Below the pieces are notes generated by a model that saw nothing but the letters and a program-made list of their open reading frames with translations, did no database searches and had not been told where the DNA came from. Below, piece after piece: positions 11,938 through 24,044 of a stretch of 64,000 bases of DNA (the first letter of the stretch is position 1; each line of letters starts with the position of its first letter). Origin of the DNA: Phoronis australis (lineage: Eukaryota; Animalia; Phoronida); NCBI GenBank assembly GCA_002633005.1, contig NMRA01000149.1, positions 254,192-318,191 on the forward strand. The letters run 5' to 3'. The translations under genes and the position numbers were made by a program.

Positions 11938-12805
11938 CTGAATGAATGAAAGTATTGTTGTCAATGAAAAAAGTGACGTGAAGACTTTAAACTAATCATG
12001 CTGTTGGAAGCAGACTTTTTAAACATTTCCAAAGTTTCCCTTCATAACTGGGCATAACGGAAACCGGGACTGATATTTTACCTTCTAATGTGTATGCAGA
12101 GACGCCCATTAGACACAACGTACGTGAAATACAACAGAATAGTAGCGTTTGCAGAGGAACTCAATGATGGATCCAGATTTCAAAATACAGTTCTAAGTTG
12201 AATCTGTCAAGATCCATGTATATGTATAGGGCATTCAATGATATTTGTTGTGTTTGTTAAACTTCCTGGGGATGATTGCAATCAAGTTGCGACACTTACG
12301 GCGGCAAAACTTACTCACTACGTTGATAGTCGTATTTCAAATGCATTATGGGACTATTGTCGGCACGTACACATCAGTGACACCACTAAAAACTTGGAGG
12401 CGTGTACTCGGTTGCGTGCTTTGCTTATATTGCATGACGATATAATTGCGAAGTTATGCACAACCTTGCGTGTTCGTGAATTTGTTGCGCCTAACTCAGG
12501 GCTAGTGTTTTAGGAGGTGAGATTTAAAGTTGCATTTTGCCCAGTTTAACTTGATAGAACGAACTCGAACATGGCGCATGCACGCGAAATACAGCTTAAA
12601 ATGTGACATATTGGCTCAATATCGGATACTGCAAACTTTGCCTCCACAGTAGACAACTAAAAATGCCAGTACATTTAGTTCGCCAAAGAATGCAATCACT
12701 TTGAAACGTACGGGACCTTGTGTGCGAAGAGTTTCTGAAAATTTGCGGAATACAGGTAACAGCGACGAAGCCAACAGAAGTTCATCATGTAATCCCAGCA
12801 CCAAC

Positions 12806-12980
12806 CTGTAGGCGTGTAGAAGACTCGTGTGAATGAGCGACTTTTAGCTGGTCTTTCAAATGGGTACCCTGACAACACGCAGTAATAGTCATAGACTCCA
12901 GGTAGAGCATCAGCGCTGCCTAGTGTTAGCTCGTATATCACGCGATAGGAACAGGTGAGATCGTGCAATTTCGTTTCCTC
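12806..12980 (-). CDS. Ig-Ig-EGF gene exon: C-terminal half of the second Ig domain
   Basis: Reads EETKLHDLTCSYRVIYELTLGSADALPGVYDYYCVLSGYPFERPAKSRSFTRVFYTPT. Phase 0-1 fits both neighbours. YxC motif present. Confidence 0.7.
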
Positions 12981-13172
12981 CTGGCGGCGTCGCGCGAGAA
13001 AGAGGTTCTTTTCGCCACTTGACGACGACGACGAAGAAGCCCGTTATGCAATATCAGTGAAAGGTGGCGTTGTAAGCCTTATATTGCAAGTTTTATGTTA
13101 CGATACGAAACTACATCTTGGGACACTTTTTGCTACTAAGTAATGCAATACAATCATGTAGATGTTACTGAA

Positions 13173-14800
13173 AGGAGAATGCCACCCGATTTAATTAATC
13201 TTTTTTACCATCTTAATCGGTCTATATTCACATCGCCTTACATAAGGTCGACCTTACCTTGCCGAGAGGTGTCGCATTAACCTGTGAGGAAGGTGAGAAA
13301 CGATGAAGCGACGTCAGTGGTTCATCAGCAGAGTGAATGCCGCTAGGTTGTGGTGCATCGTTCCCGCTTGTCCGGACTATAAAGCTGCGAGGAAAGCGGT
13401 TATATCGTTTCATAGATTTCCTCGAGAGCCCGGATTTCTTAGGAAGTGGCTCGCGGTAGTGAAGAATGAAAAGTACGCTGTTAATAACATGTATGAGGTC
13501 GCGAAATATCTCCCGTGTCTGTCTGGCCGGCATTTCGTCGACAGTGATTTCTCTGTCGAATGCCGGCTTTTCAAATAACTATCCATACGTTCCCTTGCCT
13601 GTGCATATTCACGGCGCCTCTCTAGTATTTCTTGATCAGTGTATTCCGGTTGGATCTGATAGCCTGCGAAATCTAACGATCCACCCCTGAAGTCTTCGTC
13701 GGATGAGCACTCGTCCAAGTCTGGGGATTGCGAGTTGCCATGTTGACGTTTATTATTCTTTCTGTTTCAAAATGGCCATTCTCACCCTAACCAATGCTTA
13801 TATAAAACTGAAACAAAGTCTGTGTAATTAGATACAATTTGTAATGCCTTTTGAGTATTCGTGAGTGCAAATGTTTTGAGAAGCCAGCATTGAATAAACC
13901 ACTGCGTTACCGGCTTTAGATGCAATGAAGGTAATTCACCGGGCACCGAGGCCGTGTGAGCGCATGCTAATTCAGTGTTTGCTTACAGAAAGCTGTTGCG
14001 AAACAATAACTCGATTTCAGATGCTATGATCACATGTTAGGGGGAATCTTTATTTAGATATACAAATACATTATTCAAATCATTTTTACTGTGCAACTTT
14101 TGCACTGATGGTTTTGTGGCCCCGCGGAACTCGGGGGAACCTGACTTCGCGGCCCCCGACAAGTATGTAGATTTTCAGTTTCGTGGCTAATTCACCAAAA
14201 TAATTACGTGCACATTATTTCTTTGGCTCACTATTATTATCTTTTCGTGACTGGAGGTTTAGTTTCGAACTTAATTAAGCTGGTTTATGTTTGTGATGTC
14301 CGCGACGGGCCTGATCGGGTTCCGAGCTACTGGGACGTGGGATAACAATCGTTTTGTGTTTAGAACTAAAGAAATCGCAAGACTAAAAGTACAACACACA
14401 ACTATGTTCTCCTGTCTGTATTTCACGGAAGAATTTTCGAATTTATCACCAAACAGACCCAAACTTCCGCGATTGACGATGGTAAATTGGCTTACCGAAC
14501 TCTGTAACAGTGAAATAAAACAACACGTTTGTTCAAGAACTCGATATATTTGTAAGGGCTTTACATCTAATTTTGATGTTTTATTGGTGTAAAACGATGA
14601 ATTCAAGCGATAAGTTGACACTAGTAAGCTTGTTGTGAACGGCTGAACAGACTGCCTTAGAACCGATTACGTCATTGGTTAATTTCAAGACCTCCGTCTG
14701 CCGTCAGGTGTCAAGTAAAACAACTGAACTTGCTGTTATCGAGTGGGTCTACTCGATCTAAATTGATACAAAATAGGCTGTTTTTGGGTGGCATTCTCCT
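13173..14800. mobile_element. Internally deleted Kolobok DNA transposon with a THAP relic (+) and a second-ORF relic (-)
   Basis: Perfect 15-bp TIR AGGAGAATGCCACCC, flanks TGAA/TTAA. THAP motif WCIVPAC...SFHRFP...RKW...C...HF..SDF at ~13350-13575 (+). Acidic ...GYQIQPEYTDQEI... ORF at 13578-13741 (-). Confidence 0.8.
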
Positions 14801-15195
14801 TTAAGTGCTTAACATATCGTGCCCCTTCAGTCATACCAACATCTGAGAGGAACTTAGCTCTCATACAGCAAATATTTGCATGGACCTCGTTAGATTATAT
14901 CTTCTCGGAACATGCTAGTAATGCTGCATAAAACTTATCTGGTGTATATGTTTGACAGTTGCATGACGACAAATACGTTGCTCAGCAATGATATTGCAAC
15001 GTGTAGCCTACCTTTGGTATTGTTAAACAATGCACGTGACGTCATGCAAGAATCTGTTTTGAAGTTTTATGCTACCCAACCCCGGTACGCACGACCAAAA
15101 GCCAAAAATTGTCTATTAGAACAGGTCCAAAAGCTATAGGCAATGCTTGACAAAACCGGCTAGTTGGAGGACAGACAGTAATCATCATGGTTTAC

Positions 15196-15323
15196 CTTTT
15201 GTCGAACCCAGGACGCTTGCGGAAATGGTTCCACATCCGGAATAATACAAAGTATTGTGACTTCATTACTCCTAAGATGAACTGTTGAGGGGCTTACTGT
15301 GATAGATTCCGAATCGTAAGGAG
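15196..15323 (-). CDS. Ig-Ig-EGF gene exon: N-terminal half of the second (C-like) Ig domain
   Basis: Reads TPYDSESITVSPSTVHLRSNEVTILCIIPDVEPFPQASWVRQK. Sites ttttatag and AAG|gtaaac, phase 1-0, C...P.P...W pattern. Confidence 0.8.
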
Positions 15324-15552
15324 CTATAAAATTTAAAAAGAAAGTTTCAAGTAAGCAATTCCAATTCCGCATTGTCAATATTAAAACTACAGATTAAATG
15401 CACTGTGCACTTCAATTCTATCGGACCCAGTGTCGTAGTGAAATATTACCATTGGGAATCCACGTCAGCTGGTGGAAAGAAAACCAGCGCTAACCCAATT
15501 TAATCCAGTGCGACCTAAATTTAAGGAAGCCATTTCATACAACGACACCTAC

Positions 15553-15945
15553 TGTGTATGTTCACCCATTTTTCGTCCTTTATTTCTCTAAGACGACCAT
15601 CTTTCAAAGCTCTCACCAAACATGAATAGCGTCCTTCGTCACATGACGTGAAGTTGTTGACAAAAAGTGTCGCCAACACTGCTCTAGTCGAAATACGCTT
15701 GACTTGAGACACCATTTCCAGCGTGTAAATTTTGCGTCCGATTTGTCTGAATTCATCACCAATACGAATAAATTGTATTAGAAAGTCAAGTGGATTCGAA
15801 GCCAGTGGGATAGTCCAACGACGCCAGGAGATGTACAGGATGTAACTGTCCGTAAAATTTGAAATGTGGCACGTAAGTTTAAGTTGTCGGTTTTTACCAA
15901 CGGAAATCGAATGCGGTGGCGCGTTTAGGTGGACAAGAACTTGAT
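15553..15945 (-). CDS. Ig-Ig-EGF gene exon: V-set immunoglobulin domain
   Basis: 393-nt open phase 1-1 exon: ...LKLTCHIS...YISWRR...ATLFVNNFTSCDEGRYSCLV..., with the canonical C, W, L and DxGxYxC. Confidence 0.88.
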
Positions 15946-17799
15946 CTGTAACAGATTTAAGTTAGCTATCACAGAAACGTCAATAGAGGCTAGGCTAGAT
16001 TCATTCTTTTGTCAGGCGAAGAAATATCTAATAGCACAAATAATTCAGAATGCAGACCATTATATCAGGGATTACAGGTATTATGTTGCATGATATGCTA
16101 ATGAATAATAAACAATAAAAACAGAGGAACAAGCAACAACAGCAATTACACAGTCCATTGAAATTAACTTAGCCTGAAACTAATCAACAAAGAGAGAAAG
16201 AAATAGTAGGTAAATGAGAGAAGAATGAAAAAAGAACGTTGTTGCATACGATAAAAGTTCGCTCGATTTTGAAATTGAATACAATAGGTCCAAACATTAT
16301 CATGAATAGTTAGATTAATAGGGGCTGTTGATAGTTTAAGAGGCATTTCTTGAAAAATGATTCCACATTGTTGGTCTCTCCACATAGATATAAGTTAGAT
16401 GTATTAGGGAAATTGGTTTATGTAATTTCCTGAGGAGGTAATAAATTCTTTTTAGCGCGCAACTTGGGCAAATGTGAGTTTTATTTGTATGTTAGAACAG
16501 GTTAACTGTTGCATTATTTTTACTACAGTCCCCTTTTAAGAAGCATAGAAACACCAGTAATAAATAGGACAGCGTTATTGCAGCTGTTCAACCCTCATTA
16601 AATTATTGATACTCACAATAGTGTATATGATACCAGCACAATCAAAGTGGTGAAATAAAACAGCTTACAATTTTTTCAAGACGGAATCCGGATATATTAT
16701 GTCTAGACAATATTCTAAGAATTTAAAAAAATGAGAAGTTCACAGCGGTGCTTATTTGTACAATAAGTGTTTGCTGCTCTCGAGTCAAAAAGAGACATCT
16801 TTGTTTCTAACGTGGCATCGTGGTTTGAATCTATAACAGATCTTAGTACTGGACAACGTAACATGAAATCTCTTCTGCCTCAATCTCTCTTCTACTGCAG
16901 TTGTTACAAGTTCTGTCACTTCAGGGAATACCATTCCTTCTGCCGTTTTCAATTTCTAATGCGTGAGTTAAACATTTAATGTTCGCTTGATAACATGTCT
17001 ACTGCTGCGAACAGCATATAAATACTTTTCACAAGACAACTCAGACTTAACTCCTACTCGCTTACAGGTATTTTTTTTCTACTACCGACAACCAACTTCG
17101 AAAATTAACATCCCTCAGCCTTTGCTTGAATTCTGACAAAATATTGTTTATCACTGACTCCCTTGTTCAACCATACATAACCGAAACCAGTTGTGTGCAA
17201 CACATTTTTAATACAGGTATACCAATTATTTTGACCGTGCGATTGCCTTTCATATAACATCAAAAACATTATTTTAGAAGTCATTTTGCATTTTGAATAT
17301 TTTCAAAAATATTTTACAAGACACAGAAAAAATCATGTCGGCCACATTATCCCTTTGTCGTGGCGTTGGTCGTATTATACCAGTAGACAGTAACCATTTA
17401 CAGAATTTTTTGAGCATTTTTAGTTTCTTTCCTATGGCTAGTATCCCACATTTCTTCTCCATAAAATAAAATGGTTGCTAGGATATGAAAAGAAAACTGT
17501 TGCTTTTACAAACGAAGCGTTTTAACACCGGAAATTTCAGTGACTCAAATGTTAGGGCTTCAAATATTTTTAGTACTTGTAACAAGCAATTCCATATCAA
17601 AAACATAAAAAACATCCCCACCGATCGATCTGACGATAAGTTAATTAGCGGACATCGAGTTACGAGCATAGGTTGCTAGATACGTTTTACGCAGAATTGG
17701 GACAACCGATCATAGCATAAGTCATCCTCCACTGTGTTTAGTGAGCAATGTCATCGGATATTGATGCTCGTTTTCCCTTGGTTTATGAGTTAATAAAGA

Positions 17800-18020
17800 A
17801 TGGAGAGGAGTTGCGTTTGTTGTGGTTGTGACAACTCAGCATTTGATTATGCTGCCACTCTTTTAGCTTTTTCCGAGGGACATCGGAAAAGCGCAAGTTT
17901 GCGCCGCCTCCCCAAGGTGATTAGAACCCGCGCCAAGCAAATACACCAGCTCAATTTTGTAGTAATAGGTACTACAGATTTATTCGCTGCATCATTTCTG
18001 AAGTTGAATTTCATCACACG
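17800..18020 (+). pseudogene. Decayed THAP-domain (transposase N-terminus) relic
   Basis: Reads MERSCVCCGCDNS...LLAF(P)RD...VIRTRAK with frameshifts. Confidence 0.5.
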
Positions 18021-18382
18021 ATCCTGATATGAACGTGTGCGAATCAACATTTGATGTACAATTCAGGGTTGTTTTACTGCCTAAACCTGGGCCAAGAGCT
18101 TGAACGTCGCAACCAATGTGTCATGTTTTGTAAGCAACGACTGAGACTATATGCGCTGTCGGTGTCCGTATTTTTGCGCCCCATACTCACAAGACATCTT
18201 GAAGGCGAAGATAAAGATAGTGAGCTTAGTGAAATCCATGTCAAATCAAGTCATGTTTCGCCACTTTTTTGTTGTGTTCCCTGATAAATAATACAAGGAA
18301 TTTTACTGAATAGTTATCACGTAGCAATTTACGCGTGAAGTAATCCCACGATGGAATATGAACACGCGCAATTTCTACTTAC

Positions 18383-18495
18383 GATGTTTGTCGTTATCTG
18401 ACTCCGACAGGTTCTTAGCCCGAACACCAGATGGAGTTCCCGTTGCTATAAGGCGCTTGTCCCGCATCCAGCCATCCGCAACACCGCGGGTATTT
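18383..18495 (-). CDS. Probable Ig-Ig-EGF gene exon 2 (pro-segment containing RDKR)
   Basis: Strong donor C|gtaagt, phase 1 into the IgV exon. Reads NTRGVADGWMRDKRLIATGTPSGVRAKNLSESDNDKH. The acceptor (gctacag) is weak. Confidence 0.45.
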
Positions 18496-19545
18496 CTGTA
18501 GCTTCATATTCTGATATTACCATTTTGAAGTGTTTCACATCTGCGTACATGTATGTGCAAGTTTCAGTCATAGCAGCACAAGGAATTGGTCAATAAACTG
18601 ATAAAACCATCACCGGAGTCTAGCAGGTCTAAACGTCGTACGCGCGATGCCATTCCCAATGTCTTAGTTTGCTTGTTGATGTATTGTTAACTCTTGTTTC
18701 AGCTTATCACAAGGGTATTCTGCCGCATTCTCCATTTCAAGAGTCACACGAGTTCCTGTAAGGTTGGAAGATCGCAAATGCGCAGATGATAAAATTCCTT
18801 CGAGGGAAAAACATCCGAGGTGTTTCGGATGGCACCCAATATTAGAGTCTGGTGAACAATTCGGTCGTTTAATCAGATTTTGACTACACTGAGCCACAAT
18901 ATGATCAGTGATGTATAGTGTGGCGTAGGCACAAGTAAGGGTAGCCAAACATGGACGCGGACGTTTACCTTCCTATATGTGTGGTTGGACCCCTTTCTGC
19001 GACATCCTAGATTTGCGAAGTCTGAAATACACACTCGTGAGTCAAAAAATAGGCCTACGTGTTTGTGAGTAAGGTTTTGGGAATTCAATGCACTTTTAAA
19101 ATTTAGTGCTCAATGTGATACAGTGGGCATTGGGCGTCTATTTACCTCTAATTTTACCACTACAGCACTATTTATTGCTATATATGACTCGGGAATGAAC
19201 CCCTAGTGACCACATCCGCCACAATTTCCAGTCGGCAGCCACGAATCGCACTTCTTAGTGGATCGCCCAACTTCGTAAAATTGAATCATTCGGAATGTCT
19301 TGCCAGACATTTATTCACGTTCCTCCTCTCTGGACCTAATTCGATTTTCGTTTTTAGTCCTTATCTCAAAGGGTATTCTAGTTCAAAAACACAAAAATAT
19401 ATACCAAATTAAGTAATATGTAACATAGCATGTAAAGTTCACATCCTTTCTATTATCAAACTAAAAGCCTTAGCACCTCGGCCGAGATCGGAAAATCAAC
19501 GACTATTCCCGCCTATTTCCGTGACCCGTGTTCCTGTTTGTTAGT

Positions 19546-20160
19546 TCAGGTGGCACTCCCAAAATGTTAAAATCTAGGGGTAGGCATTTTCTAGTTGGGT
19601 GTTGTATGTAGGCCAAGTGAATGTGGTTTGTTTATATTTGTGAACATGTTGAGAATGAAAAGTGACCTCTTGCTCGGCTGTACTGCACTCTTCTTCAAGA
19701 TGGTGGCCCCCTGTTGCAATTGTGCATTGCCGGGTAGCAACTGAGAAATTGGCTGCGATTTCAGGTAGCCCTCGAGCAGCTGAAGCCAGTTTTGCAAAAA
19801 AACTAGTTGGTTGACAGTACATTTGCACCACATTTTTGGAGTCGATAGGAAATTTGCTCTCGGAATCTAATGTTGGCTTTAGTCGAGGTAGGTAAGTGGT
19901 GGTTTTGGGGTGAAAACTGTCGATATTGCGTTTTTAGCCCGTATTTTTCTTAGGTTTTCAGTGGGAGAGAAAAGGTAAAAATACGAGACAGAATAAAGTT
20001 TTTGTGCTCATCTATAAGGCTTGTGACGTGAAATGACTCAAAACTTTTCTTTCTTTGCATGCAGTTTTTGACAGAGCGAAGAAAGGATGAAGAGTCCATT
20101 GACGTGTGTTCTCCGGCGTAGCCAACGCTCGGCTACTGAGGTCAGCCCGGCCTGACTCGA
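19546..20160. repeat. Dispersed repeat, inverted copy at ~56200-56880
   Basis: Reverse-complement match (e.g. ttcttcaagatggtggccccctgttgcaattgtgcattg vs caatgcacaattgcagccgggggccgccatcttgaagaa). The ORF track shows homologous pseudo-peptides. Confidence 0.8.
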
Positions 20161-20373
20161 TCATTGCGAGGGTACGTCAAATTAGCAACTTTACAGCAAC
20201 CGTTTAGGTAATACATTAGAGGAAAAAAGTTTCTTGATCAACAAGTCTTATCTTTATCGCCATATCTTGAAATTGATGCAAAGTACCAGCCTGAGTGAAG
20301 TGAGCAATTGCCGTGTCACTGTGACTACCCGGACGTGTGTGCGTAATTGGCAGCAAATCGGCATCGGCTTTAC

Positions 20374-20603
20374 CGGCCGTTTAAAAATGTGAAATAGAAA
20401 AAAAAACATCCACATACGGCGATGTTTCGACAAACAAAAACAAATTTTATCTCGAAAGAGTGAGCTCCACATCTGTGCTGGATTTTGCTGCCAGGACATA
20501 GTAACTGGTGAAGTTCCCCGGCCTGCAGTCGCCGTGACTCTTCGGATTGTGTATTGGTTATGGGATAAGTACTGCGTGGTTCCTTATAATGTCTTCTAAC
20601 CAT
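20374..20603 (-). CDS. Candidate first coding exon of the Ig-Ig-EGF gene, ending in a hydrophobic signal-like segment
   Basis: ATG at 20603, reads ...FEIKFVFVCRNIAVCGCFFFYFTFLNG. Donor CG|gtaaag is phase 2, matching exon 18383-18495, and would give a 1111-aa product. Confidence 0.35.
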
Positions 20604-23600
20604 TTAAAAAGGGTTAAAAACGTGTGCTTCTAGGACTTTAACCAGCTAAACATTTTCCTTAAACTCATTTGTGCTTCATAAAACCGATTCCAATAGTCGT
20701 TCAAGATAAGAACGTGCGCACTTACAGATACAAACCAATAAAATAGTATTTGTACATTGAATTGGTGCTTGGGTCAATATTATAATTTACAATTTTATGG
20801 GCTTCATTCAGCGCAGATGGATAACTAAGATCTGCACTTTGTACCTCAAGTGAAACTTAATTCAACGCCATAGTTACCCGCACTCGTTAGGTAAAAGAAA
20901 TCTTAACAAGTGAGACATGCACCTAAGCGCCAGGCAAAGGAAAGTCTTCACTGTTCTTTTTACCACAAACTTGACCAATGAGCTCTCGCTGGTTCCTTGC
21001 GTGTCCGAACACGCAGGTTTCATTCAGTAGCACGCGTTTTATCACTGGTTGATGTAACCTCGGCAGTCATTGGCATAGCTTTACAACAAAGAAAGAAAAT
21101 GGCGTACAACGGTTTTTAGCCTTGTCAGTGGCGTGGCAGCAAATATTTCGTTACTGCAGTAATGCAGTTTAATAGCCGAGTGCTTGAAGCACCTACATGA
21201 ACAGATGCACACACATCTGGCCGATTTAACCGGTATGTTATTCATACTGTGTGAATACAGAACAGCCAACATAAACAAGTCAGCAGCAGTAGGAAAATGC
21301 ACTCCGAAAAGTCACAACCACAATTTTCTGATTGAACATGAATTAAGTACGATTTGTCTGTATAACATATCACAAACTATATACACATTTACACTTCCTC
21401 CATCAGTCACGCCAATTTTGTTTACGTAAAGCGCTACCGTTTGAGAATTCGACCAGCTAATTAGAAACGCTGGTGTAAAAAAATTCCCGAGGAAAATTAA
21501 AAGATACCTGCGTGTTCACTACCACCTAGCGGACAGGGAACCAGTGAGTAATGAGCTGAGCTCATTTTCTGCCGTGGCCGGTTCGTGGCGTCTAACTCTA
21601 GAAACGTTTGGGCTACTTTCCGTAAACTCAATAGTTTCGCAAGTTCAGTTCATGTGGCCACGAGCTCCTTTTGCAACGCATGACGTACCTCGCAGTCTTG
21701 TGTCATGTTAAGTTTTCCCGAGATTCTCACGTCTACACAACGCTGCCTTGGCCCCGCGGAAGTCTCCAACCCAAACTGTAGGAGTCTGTTTTGCTCGATC
21801 TGTCTTATTTAAAATTAACGTTATTAATCTGTATTTCTATTACCCATGTTTCGTTTTAATATAGGAAGGAATAATAGTTGTCAGCGAGATCATGAGTGTG
21901 TATTTGAACAAATCTGATAAATGAATGACTTGAATAACCGTCCATAAGAAATGCGGTAATGTGCGTTTCTGGCAGACTTGCAGTTAAAAAAATCTCTTTT
22001 GAAATATTAGCCACAGGAGGTTGTTAGACAGGTAATATTGTCATGGTGTGATGTGGGTACCTGTATTAGTTTGGTCACCTTTCATCAAGGTTAGTGATTG
22101 CAAGTGCAAATATTGGCGTAGTGTTATCGATTAATCAGGTCATGTCAGTTGAAAATGTATGCCGGTAATACATAAGACATACTCTGGCACGAAGTCTGAG
22201 GAGATCGTCAATATTGATAAGTCTGTTTGATTCATAGTTTTAGATACCATGCGCGCACCAAGCCTAAAATGTAGGAAGGGCTCGAATTTTTCGGTACGTG
22301 GACCTTTTACTAAAAAAAACGGAAACTAAAAAAACGGGGTACTACGTTCAGCGGCCTATGATCGTGCATTCGCGCCGAATTCCTATGGACTTTTGTCTCG
22401 TTTCTCGGATTTTTTTGTTTCTCTGAGGCTAACCTTTTCGCCCATTTCGAGCCCCCCCCGGGGGGTGCGCGCATTGATACGTAGAGTTTTAATGAAGAGA
22501 TATTAACTCAAATGAACAAACATTTCTATATATAGAAATTGTTTTGCAACATCATAGTGGATTTAAAACAGTATCCGTAAGAAAGTTAGGTTATCTTGAT
22601 TTGCCAGTCGGCGCACATGGCGTATTCTGTTTTAACTACGTAAGAGTTAGATGAGATGGTCAAGCGTCCTTCTGGCAAATCTAAATACTAGAAGGCCATC
22701 ATTTCAAACGTCTACACGCGCCCTGGAGGCGTTTTGAGAACTGGACCAACTGGAACAAAAATCGCCAGCACTCTCATCAAAACATAGAACTGGAGCAAAA
22801 GCAAACTCGTTGTTAGAGCAGGGCCTACCACGCTAGCGATCACCATGGCAATCGTAAAACACAGCATATTTATCTGAGGGCTACACAAACAATTAGTGCA
22901 TTATTCAAAATATGATAGCCGATGCACATCAGTGTGAACATAGGCCATTTCGAGTAAACAACATCTAAAATAAGCGCCGTGTAAACGAAGTAAAGTATGG
23001 AAATACCGGAGATTTGTTTAGTTAAATACTAGTCTTTCCATTTTTTGAATTTCTAAATCCCATAAGATGCTAATTTGACAATAAAAGGCGCAATGTACTG
23101 TTGTTATGACTTATGCACCATTGCTGTATTCTATAGATCTATGACACTAGCGAGAAATTTTGCCTCGGCTAAAATTGTATGGAGTTTTCGCGAGATTCTT
23201 GTGTCTACGGAACGCAGCACATGGTGCATTTCTTCCACCGGAAACTGGCTGCACTCTTATTCGAATGTCACGACCTGGGACTACTTTTCTATAAACACTT
23301 ATCCTAACAAGTTCAACCGAATCAATAAATATGGTAGACTTTAAAAATGCAAAGAATACATTCAAAGGGCAACAGATATCTTTTGTGTTTAAATAACACA
23401 TTCCAAATTATTGCCGGACCCATTTACTGGTTCTAACCAGACCTATCTACCGACATTTCTGCGCCAAAAGGACTGAATGCTTGTCATGACACTTGCTCCT
23501 ATCTTGCGTTCATTCATTGGGGACAGACAACCATCTCCAAAATTGATCACACATAGTCACAATTCATGTATCTCACAAACGCTTCCCCATAAAATGCGTA

Positions 23601-23857
23601 CTATTAAAATCATCATCAAAATATGAGTTTTCAAAGTTTTCTTGAAGCCACAAACGCCAAAATGGTTTCACTTAACAGTCACTATTGCCCATGCTAGGTG
23701 GGTAAGGAAAGGCAATGAACAACATTGAGTGAAGAATTAGCGCATCAAATTCCCAAATCCCAAAAATACTCGTTAAATATTCAGAATTATTATTGTGAAA
23801 CACATATGTCAGCGACCTCTACATGTAGACTTTCCACTGCAAAAAAAAATCGACCAT

Positions 23858-23985
23858 TCACAGAGCCGATGATTTCAGATTAAACCGTTTCATAGAAAAT
23901 CGACTTAATTCGTAGGATGGTTGTAGGTTATGCAGCATTTCTAGCATAATTTTACCGATGATTGGCGCCAACTTGAAACCATGAC
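23858..23985 (-). CDS. PIPOX: PIPOX-like exon 8 (GHGFK...KSSAL*)
   Basis: Reads GHGFKLAPIIGKIMLEML... Acceptor tttcag, phase 1. Confidence 0.92.
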
Positions 23986-24044
23986 CTGAAACATAAACAG
24001 AAAATAGGAACATTGTCATATGCAAGTTCTTAAACCTGAGACCT

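Noticed and set aside
22712-22867. Minus-strand MLCFTIAMVIASVVGPALT... as signal-peptide exon of the Ig-EGF gene
   Set aside because: It is hydrophobic, but I found no convincing phase-compatible donor to the downstream exons. It is not excluded without RNA data.
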